From the IMG/VR virus record IMGVR_UViG_3300020182_000100, positions 1 to 34,724 of that record: a stretch of 34,724 nt of DNA. The stretch is one strand, 5' to 3'. The translations under genes and the position numbers were made by a program. Under the pieces are notes generated by a model. That model was not told the DNA's origin and searched no databases. It saw only the letters and a program-made list of their open reading frames with translations. Positions 16,946 through 24,371 of this stretch are shown here, in pieces (the first letter of the stretch is position 1; every line of letters begins with the position of its first letter). The stretch is from a virus. Taxonomy: Duplodnaviria; Caudoviricetes.

Positions 16946-19900
16946 ATGGCGGTACATACGCTCACTCTTAAAGATGGGTCTACGCTACAAGTAGAAGCGC
17001 CACGAGATACTCCCGTATCTGAACTTGTCGATCTCGCTAATCAGCAGTCGAATGTGTCCGGTAAGCAGTTAGTTGAGCAGCGTCGACAGGAGCGTAGCGC
17101 TCGTTCCAGTGAGCGTGGTCCATCTCAGTATATGGCGGTACCAGAACCTGAAAGAGGTTTGTTAGGTGACTTACGTACAGGTTTCGGTACAGGGTTCGTA
17201 GAGACCGGCGAAATGGCGGCACTCGGCGCTGCGACGCTACTCGACGAAGAGAACGAGCTTGCCGCGCGCGGTAGGATTCAATCTGTTGCAGACGCTATCA
17301 AACCCAACGTGCGTGAGGGTGATAAGGACGACATTGCCTTTAAGATCGGCCAGACGTTTGGTTCTATTGCTGGTTTTGCTGCCCCTATTGCTGGTGCAGC
17401 CGCAGCCGCCCCCGCTGCTGTACCCGCTGCCGCTGTTGGTACTGGGATCGGTGCCCTCTTAGGTGTAGGTGCTGCAGCCGGTGAAGCAAGTGAACGTGCC
17501 CGTGCAGCTGGTGCAACTCAGGAAGAACGTAACCGTGCGATCCGGCAGGCCTCACCTGTTGGTCTCCTTGAAGTAGCGCCCCTCGGGCGTTTCATGCGTT
17601 CTGTAGACATCCCAGTAATCGGACAGTTTATTAAAGACCTTGGTCCTGAGACTGTTGAGACTATCGGGCAACGCATCCAGAACGCCGCTATCACTGGTGG
17701 GGGTGAGGCCGCACAGGAAGTCACCGCGGAGATCGTGCAGAACCTTGCAGAGCGTGGGTATAACCCCGAACGCGCCATCATGGAAGGTACAGGAGAGTCC
17801 GCGCTGTATGGCGGCGGTGCCGGTGCTACTATCCAATTCCTCGTAGACGCCTTTACAAACAGTCGTAAGGCAGGAGCGGACACAGGGCCTGCACAGGGTG
17901 AGTTGTTTGGTGAAGGTGAAGACCTCGGGCAAGCTCCAGAACGTGTTATGGGCGACCAGCGGGAGATGTTCCCCGAGCAAGACTTAGGACTTGCGCCTGA
18001 GCGCCCTGATGAACGGCAGCTAAACCTGTTTGATGCGCAGGACCAGCAATCGGCAGCGTTCGCGCGCACTGCACGTCGCGCAGATGAAGAACGTGAACGT
18101 ATGTTGGGGAGACCCATATCCGAGTTTGAGACCGAGGGTGACCCGTTCCTAGAACGCACCAAGGCTGAAAGAGACGCAGCCCGTGCGGGGATAGCCGGAC
18201 TACAAAGACCGCAGCGGCCTGAGCCTGAGCAACGGGATATGATCCGTGAGCTAGAGCAAGCCACAATCCCCGAAGAAGAACAGCGCGCGCAAGCTGCGGC
18301 CCGTGAACGTGAGGCCCTGCGCGCCGTTGGACGCAACGACGAAGCTGCGTTTGAGCAACCCGACTTGTTTGCACTGCAGCAAGAAGAGGAACGTCGCCGC
18401 CTCGGACCTGAAGAACTACGTCGTCCTGACCAGTTTATGGATGTGCCTGAAGCGGCGGAGCCTAGAGAAGCTACGGTTCGCGAACGTGATCTTGTAGACT
18501 TAGCGCAAGAACGCCAACAGGCCGCGCAAGAAGATGCGGATATCGCCGACCAGCTCGCTGCCATGGATGCTGAAGAAGCCACACAGCGCCAACAGGCAGA
18601 AACACTCCGTGCGGAGTCTGCCGCAGAGACAGCGCAAGGTAAAATGGATACCGATCGCGCCGCTCAGACGTCCGCAATCCGTACTCGAGTGCTTCAAGAT
18701 ACCGTAGCCAACGCAGGTGACATCAAGCAGCCTGTAGCTTTGCGCAATGCGTTCGAATCCGCGTTGTCTGAAGCAGGGCTACGGGAGCCTAAAGCAACAC
18801 CACAAGAGATGGAGAGCCTGCGCCGTGCGTCGAGCGTCATGCGCGCAAAAGACCCTGCACTTGAAACCGTAGCTGAACAGGAATCGGTAAAAGACCCCGG
18901 TCAACTAGAGATGGAAGCGCGAGTAGCGCCGAAAGGCTTTGCCCCTCTTAACAAACCTGCCGTGTCTAGTGTAGACTTAGGTCAACCTTTGGAGGTGTTT
19001 AATGTCACGAGTCAAGAAGCTCAACCAACAGCAGGTGGAAGAAGCGTTCCGGCTCCTGTCGGAGATGTGGGGGCAAGACCCGCACGACCAGTTCCTAGCC
19101 CTGCCCCTGCCGTCGAAGCTACCGGAGAACCTACTGCACCTAGAGATAGCGGATTGGGAAGCCCTGTCGTGGAGCCTCGAGTGTCTGATGGATCAGGCAG
19201 GGCGGAGCGTGATGCACTAGGAGAGACGGGTACAACTCGTAAGGTCGTACCAACTTTCCCCGAGAAAACCGCTGCCACCAAGAAGGGTGGAGGTACAAGG
19301 TTTGTATCCACTAAAGCCTCGCAGCCGCTCCGGAAAGATACTGCCACAGCAAAGGTTGTCGACAAGGAGACCGCTGCGAAGAAGGTTCGTGCAGAACTCA
19401 AGAAGCGTTGGGAGTCCCGAGCCACAGACGTAGCTAAACGTGAGTACGCCGACGCCGATAACATAGTTAAAGGTGATCCGTTCACCCCAGCGGAAAACCG
19501 CAAAATCCTCAAGTTGCTGGAGACACCTGTCAAGAGCCGCGAGAAAGCTGCCCTTGATGCAGCCGTAACTTACCTTGGTTTGTACCCTAACCCTGCAGAG
19601 GGTCTCTACCTTGCGATGTGGGAGATCACGCAAGTCCCAGCCAAGCGGGGTAAGCAGGACGTTGCCATGGGTACTCCGCAAAGCCGAGGCGATCCGCTAC
19701 TCAAAGGTACAGGCGGCAAAGCCGCCAACAAGGCCGTGAAGTGGGCACAAGAAAACCTTGATAGCAATGGCAAAGAGTGGGTGCGCAAGTCTGTTATTGC
19801 CATTCAGAAAGACCTCATGGGTGTAGCCGACGCTGACTTGACAGTAGCGCAGCTAAAAGAACAAGGCGTCACCGATCCCGTTCAGATGCAGCGTGAGAAG

Positions 19901-22900
19901 GAAGCATTGGAAGCCGAGCGTGAAGAAGCCGAAGAAATGCTCGAGGCCGAAGCGGCGAACGACTTTGACGCGGAAAAACAACTCAACTTCACCCGCATCA
20001 AGATCGACAAACTGCTCAAGGCTAACGCTGTTGTAGGTCTGGACCTCCCCTTGCACCCGTCTGTTGGCGCGTCAATCAAAGCTGGTGACCTGCGCGGTGC
20101 ACTACTTAGCCTTGCAGATACATCCCCCAGCAATCAGGTACGGAACATCGCTGCTAAGTTGGCGGGCGTGGTGGGTGATCGTAAAAACCTAGCGCGTGCT
20201 AAAGCGGCTACTAAAGGTTCTAAGGTCAAGTCTGTAGTGTACCACGGCAGTGGTAAGACCGACATCACGGAGTTCAAACCGAGCGGGTACACTCAGGGAC
20301 TATACTTCAGCCCAAACAGGGGTTTAGCGCAGGACTATATGGTGCAGCGTGGTGACGGTACTGGTCGCGTATACGAAGTTATGTTGGACATAAAAAATCC
20401 TTTAGTGATTAAAGGCACTTACAAGAAGTCTTTGTCGGACCGTATCGACGTAGCTCTTGGTCGCAAGTCTGAAAAAGATGTGCGTGCAGAGCAGCGTGAT
20501 CGTCGCAGTGCTTCTATGATCCTATCCGCGGAACGCATCAAAGAGCTGAAAAGCCAAGGTTATGACGGCATAATGAACGAAGATGCCATGGAGTACGTGG
20601 CTTTCGACGCTTCTCAGGTCCACATGGTGGACGGTCCTGACGGAGGCACAAAACTTGTTATCAAGAAAGACCTGAAGGCAGCGGACGGTCGCCCGGCAGC
20701 GGGCATGTTTGATCCTGAGACAAACACAATAACGCTTGATGAAGGAACTGGTATCAACGCGCACACGTTGATCCACGAAATGACCCACGCTGCGGCAAGC
20801 GCCACGCTATCGAATAAGGCACATCCGCTTACAAAGCAGATCACCAAACTGTTCGAGACCACAAAAGAATATCTTGGTACGGCATACGGTGCGCAGAACG
20901 TCGACGAGTTCTTCTCTGAGGCCATGAGTAACCCAGACTTCCGTGCCATGCTCGCCACGATTAACGTCAAGGGTGAACCCGTCAGCGCACTGCGCCGGTT
21001 CCTCAACTCTATGGGTAACTTCGTACGTCGTCTCATGGGTCGTCCAACTACACCACTGGACGCTATGGAGACTGTAGATACGTTTGTAGATGGCCTACTA
21101 GCCCCTGCACCACAATACCGTAACTCTGGCCAACTCCTGATGTCTTCCACTGCGGATGGTGCCAAGAAGGTTCTAAACACGCTGGTAAGTCGTACACAGA
21201 AGAAGTTCGGTACACCTGAAGCGCGTAAAGACTTCCGCCGGCAGTTTGGTAACGACTCTATGCAGTTCCTAGAGAGCAACGTGGCAGACAACGCCAAGAG
21301 GCTCCTACTGCAGCTCACAGGTTCTCAAGCAATGGCCGACATCGCCAAAGCTGCTGGTCTGGGTAACCTCGGGTACAAGCTGGATCGCATCATCAACGAG
21401 CAGCGGGGTAGTATCCGTACAGCCAACGAGCAGGTAAAGCGTGAAATCGACAAGGTCGTTGCATGGGTCGACAAAGCAGGCGATGCCAAGAAAGAGACAC
21501 TGGACCGCTTGATCTACAACGACAAGTACGGTGCCACCATTCATCAGGTAGACCCAACGCTCACCGCGGCGGAAGCCAAGAAGCGGTATGCCAAGGACTC
21601 CGATAAGATGGCTGTCTGGAACGAGCAGCGCAAAGACTGGAACGCTCTCGGTGCTGATGGGCAGCGTACGTATAAGATCATGCGGGATAGCTACCGTAAC
21701 CAGTACGAAAAAATGCGTGCGGTAATCTTTGGCGAGATTGACGAGCTGATGGCAGACAACCCCGAAGCCGCTAACAAACTAAAAAATGAAGTGTACGGTA
21801 AGCTGTTCGACAAGGGCACTCTGGATGTTTACTTCCCGTTGATCCGTGAAGGTCAATACAAGTTGACCTATGCCGCCAAGAACCCTGCGTCCCCACGGGA
21901 AGCGTATGTTGTAGAGATGTTCACGACAAGACGTGAGCGAGATCAGGCAGCGGCGGAAGTAAAAGCAGACAAAAACTTCACTGGTGTTGAGACCTTTGAT
22001 GGCGAAATGACCAACAGTGACTTCAAGAACGCTCCCCCTGCTTCGTTTGTAGCACAGACACTCCGCACCTTGAGTGCCAATGGCGTCGACGGGGATGTGC
22101 AGACGCAGATCATGCGCTTGTTTGTTAATGCCCTACCTGAAACGTCTTTTGCGAAGTCACTGCAGAAGCGTAAAGGCACCCCCGGCTACATGACAAACTC
22201 TGTCTATGCCATGAAGTCCAAGGCGTATGACCTCGCAGGGCAGACTGAGAAGCTCAAATATGCCGCTATACTACGGTCTTTGGACAGTGAAATAGGAGCT
22301 CAGGTAACTCCAGAGGGAGCTGCGCAGGCAAAATCCCGTTTTGGTAAGTACGTGCAAGGGACTCGTGCTTCGTTTGAAGAGGTAAAGAAGGAACTGCTGG
22401 ACCGCTCCAAGTTTGCCCGTGAAGGTGCGCGCAACAAAGACCTCGAGGCCTATGGCCGTAGGCTCAACCAGACTGCCTTCATCTTTACCATCGGCTTCAA
22501 CGTATCGTCTGCTCTGGTCAACCTCTCGCAGGTGCCGTTGTTCGTGATGCCGTTCTTGGGGGGTAAATACGGATACCCAGAAACGGGTAAAGCGGTATGG
22601 GCCGCGGGTAGTATTGTCAAATCATCCAAGAACTCAATCCTAAGTAATTACGACATCCGCGATGATGGTGTGTTAAGTGTCAAGAGAGACTTGGATGTAC
22701 CTGCAGAGCGCCGCAAAGAACTAGAAGAATTAGCCCCGCTCGCTGCTCTTGCTATGAAACGTGGTCAGTTGGGTCAGGGCTACCTTGCGGAGGCCTTGGG
22801 TCTCGAGGAATCTGGTCGCGTATCTCGCGGTGGTAAGGTCGGCGCTGTCATGGATAACATATCTGTGCTATCTGCGTATATGTTTAACCACGGCGAACAA

Positions 22901-24061
22901 TACAACCGTCAGGTAACTCTGGTAACAGCATACAAGTTAGCCTTGCAGAAGCTGGCCAAGGACAGTCCTAGCATGACACGGACTGAACGTATGGATAAAG
23001 CCGCAGAGATGGCGATCTACGAGACACAAGAAACCAACGGTGGCTCCTTCTTAGAGACTGCGCCGCCTATCGCTCGTGAAAATATTGGGCGTGTGGCCTT
23101 TATGTATAAGAGCTACGGCCTGCAGATGTACTACAGTATGTTCAAAGCTGCTAAGACTGCGTTCGACTCCGACAAGGGTAAGTTGTTTGGTCCAGAGGGT
23201 TCACCGGAACGTAAGGCTGCTTGGAAACAACTCCTCGGTCTGCACGGTACAGCGTTGTTCTTTGCGGGTATCCAAGGTGTGCCACTCTACGGCGCAGTAC
23301 AGTTGATGGCAGACTTAATCTTCAGAGATGATGAAGAGGACGACTTCGACACCATGGTGCGGAAGTATGTGGGTGAGGGTTGGTACAAAGGTGCTATCAC
23401 TAAGTTCGCAGGTATCGACGTTGCCAGCCGTGTGGCACTTACAGGTCTGTTGATCCAAGAGAACCGCTACAACAATGACCCGTCGCTTGAGGAAAACCTC
23501 GGGCACTACTTGGGTGGTCCCGCTCTCAGCGTGGCTAAACGTCTGGGTCGTGGTGTGAGTGATCTTGCTAGTGGTGAGACTCAACGAGGCATTGAGAACA
23601 TGATGCCTGTCGCTATTGCCAACGCATACAAGGGTACGTTCGGTCGATACGCAGATCAGGGCGGTGCGTTTACTCGTCGGGCTGACCCGATCTATGACGA
23701 CATGACCGCAGGGGAAATGGCTTCTCAGGTGCTGGGTTTCCCACCCACAGAGTACACGTTCCGACAAGAGCAGAACATGATTAGTAAACGTATAGATATT
23801 GCGGTTGGTAAGAAGCGTTCGGGCCTGCACAAGAAGTATTATGTGGCCATGCGCTTGGGTGACTTCGAGGCAGCAGACTCGGTATTCGATGAGATCATGA
23901 AGTTCAACGACAGGCATCCAGAAGCGGCGATCACACCGAACTCAATCGAGCGGTCAATGAACCAACACGCTAAAACGTCTTCTGAGATGTACAACGGTGT
24001 TTCTCTCAGCCCACTGTATCGTAGAACCCTCGAGCAGCTGCGCTCCGAGTACAGTCAATAA
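16946..24061 (+). CDS. Large polyvalent internal virion protein with ADP-ribosyltransferase-like and zincin metallopeptidase domains
   Basis: ART motifs VYHGS, GLYFS, GRVYEVMLDIKNPL, GYDGI and EYVAF. Peptidase motifs LIHEMTHA and VDEFFSE. YFPLIREG is PLxRFG-like. Helical C-terminal region. Confidence 0.8.
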   Translation: MAVHTLTLKDGSTLQVEAPRDTPVSELVDLANQQSNVSGKQLVEQRRQERSARSSERGPSQYMAVPEPERGLLGDLRTGFGTGFVETGEMAALGAATLLDEENELAARGRIQSVADAIKPNVREGDKDDIAFKIGQTFGSIAGFAAPIAGAAAAAPAAVPAAAVGTGIGALLGVGAAAGEASERARAAGATQEERNRAIRQASPVGLLEVAPLGRFMRSVDIPVIGQFIKDLGPETVETIGQRIQNAAITGGGEAAQEVTAEIVQNLAERGYNPERAIMEGTGESALYGGGAGATIQFLVDAFTNSRKAGADTGPAQGELFGEGEDLGQAPERVMGDQREMFPEQDLGLAPERPDERQLNLFDAQDQQSAAFARTARRADEERERMLGRPISEFETEGDPFLERTKAERDAARAGIAGLQRPQRPEPEQRDMIRELEQATIPEEEQRAQAAAREREALRAVGRNDEAAFEQPDLFALQQEEERRRLGPEELRRPDQFMDVPEAAEPREATVRERDLVDLAQERQQAAQEDADIADQLAAMDAEEATQRQQAETLRAESAAETAQGKMDTDRAAQTSAIRTRVLQDTVANAGDIKQPVALRNAFESALSEAGLREPKATPQEMESLRRASSVMRAKDPALETVAEQESVKDPGQLEMEARVAPKGFAPLNKPAVSSVDLGQPLEVFNVTSQEAQPTAGGRSVPAPVGDVGARPARPVPSPAPAVEATGEPTAPRDSGLGSPVVEPRVSDGSGRAERDALGETGTTRKVVPTFPEKTAATKKGGGTRFVSTKASQPLRKDTATAKVVDKETAAKKVRAELKKRWESRATDVAKREYADADNIVKGDPFTPAENRKILKLLETPVKSREKAALDAAVTYLGLYPNPAEGLYLAMWEITQVPAKRGKQDVAMGTPQSRGDPLLKGTGGKAANKAVKWAQENLDSNGKEWVRKSVIAIQKDLMGVADADLTVAQLKEQGVTDPVQMQREKEALEAEREEAEEMLEAEAANDFDAEKQLNFTRIKIDKLLKANAVVGLDLPLHPSVGASIKAGDLRGALLSLADTSPSNQVRNIAAKLAGVVGDRKNLARAKAATKGSKVKSVVYHGSGKTDITEFKPSGYTQGLYFSPNRGLAQDYMVQRGDGTGRVYEVMLDIKNPLVIKGTYKKSLSDRIDVALGRKSEKDVRAEQRDRRSASMILSAERIKELKSQGYDGIMNEDAMEYVAFDASQVHMVDGPDGGTKLVIKKDLKAADGRPAAGMFDPETNTITLDEGTGINAHTLIHEMTHAAASATLSNKAHPLTKQITKLFETTKEYLGTAYGAQNVDEFFSEAMSNPDFRAMLATINVKGEPVSALRRFLNSMGNFVRRLMGRPTTPLDAMETVDTFVDGLLAPAPQYRNSGQLLMSSTADGAKKVLNTLVSRTQKKFGTPEARKDFRRQFGNDSMQFLESNVADNAKRLLLQLTGSQAMADIAKAAGLGNLGYKLDRIINEQRGSIRTANEQVKREIDKVVAWVDKAGDAKKETLDRLIYNDKYGATIHQVDPTLTAAEAKKRYAKDSDKMAVWNEQRKDWNALGADGQRTYKIMRDSYRNQYEKMRAVIFGEIDELMADNPEAANKLKNEVYGKLFDKGTLDVYFPLIREGQYKLTYAAKNPASPREAYVVEMFTTRRERDQAAAEVKADKNFTGVETFDGEMTNSDFKNAPPASFVAQTLRTLSANGVDGDVQTQIMRLFVNALPETSFAKSLQKRKGTPGYMTNSVYAMKSKAYDLAGQTEKLKYAAILRSLDSEIGAQVTPEGAAQAKSRFGKYVQGTRASFEEVKKELLDRSKFAREGARNKDLEAYGRRLNQTAFIFTIGFNVSSALVNLSQVPLFVMPFLGGKYGYPETGKAVWAAGSIVKSSKNSILSNYDIRDDGVLSVKRDLDVPAERRKELEELAPLAALAMKRGQLGQGYLAEALGLEESGRVSRGGKVGAVMDNISVLSAYMFNHGEQYNRQVTLVTAYKLALQKLAKDSPSMTRTERMDKAAEMAIYETQETNGGSFLETAPPIARENIGRVAFMYKSYGLQMYYSMFKAAKTAFDSDKGKLFGPEGSPERKAAWKQLLGLHGTALFFAGIQGVPLYGAVQLMADLIFRDDEEDDFDTMVRKYVGEGWYKGAITKFAGIDVASRVALTGLLIQENRYNNDPSLEENLGHYLGGPALSVAKRLGRGVSDLASGETQRGIENMMPVAIANAYKGTFGRYADQGGAFTRRADPIYDDMTAGEMASQVLGFPPTEYTFRQEQNMISKRIDIAVGKKRSGLHKKYYVAMRLGDFEAADSVFDEIMKFNDRHPEAAITPNSIERSMNQHAKTSSEMYNGVSLSPLYRRTLEQLRSEYSQ

Positions 24062-24088
24062 AAAAACCCCCGCTTTTTACGGCGGGGG
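24060..24088 (-). terminator. Intrinsic terminator at the convergence of the two arms
   Basis: On the - strand: CCCCCGC-cgtaaaaa-GCGGGGG followed by TTTTTTT (stem 24067-24073/24082-24088, A-run 24060-24066 on +). Confidence 0.85.
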
Positions 24089-24140
24089 CAGTCTGGAGAG
24101 GAGAACGACAACAGGGAGGAGTTATCGTCTGTGTGCGATG
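24060..24140 (-). ncRNA. Candidate 3'-UTR-derived CU-rich (anti-Shine-Dalgarno) small RNA
   Basis: The - strand reads GACGAUAAC-UCCUCCCU-GUUGUCGUU (9-bp stem, anti-SD loop), then CUCCUCUCC, then the terminator. It contains a 13-nt perfect complement of the ssb RBS. Confidence 0.4.
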
Positions 24141-24143
24141 TTA

Positions 24144-24371
24144 TCACACTGTCCGCCAAATGCGAACCCCAAACATGTCGTTCTCTATTCTGACGCGTAT
24201 TTCGAACGTCCAACCCTTCATTCCAGCAATTTTATTAGCCTGCTTCTTGGCTTTGTCAGTGTCGACGCAGGGGATAAACACGGACGCCCCCACTGCCATA
24301 GCATCCCATTCCACGATAACCTTGATCTTATCTGGGTTGAGGTCGTCAGTCTTCATCGGTTTCTGATACAT
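24144..24371 (-). CDS. Small hypothetical protein
   Basis: 75-aa ORF overlapping the primase end, ending in double stop TGA TAA. Possible start at 24356. Confidence 0.6.
   Translation of the reverse strand: MYQKPMKTDDLNPDKIKVIVEWDAMAVGASVFIPCVDTDKAKKQANKIAGMKGWTFEIRVRIENDMFGVRIWRTV

Noticed and set aside
17518-18582. 354-aa antisense ORF and other shadow ORFs
   Set aside because: They are Ser/Arg/Ala-rich antisense shadows of long sense genes, with no recognisable motifs.
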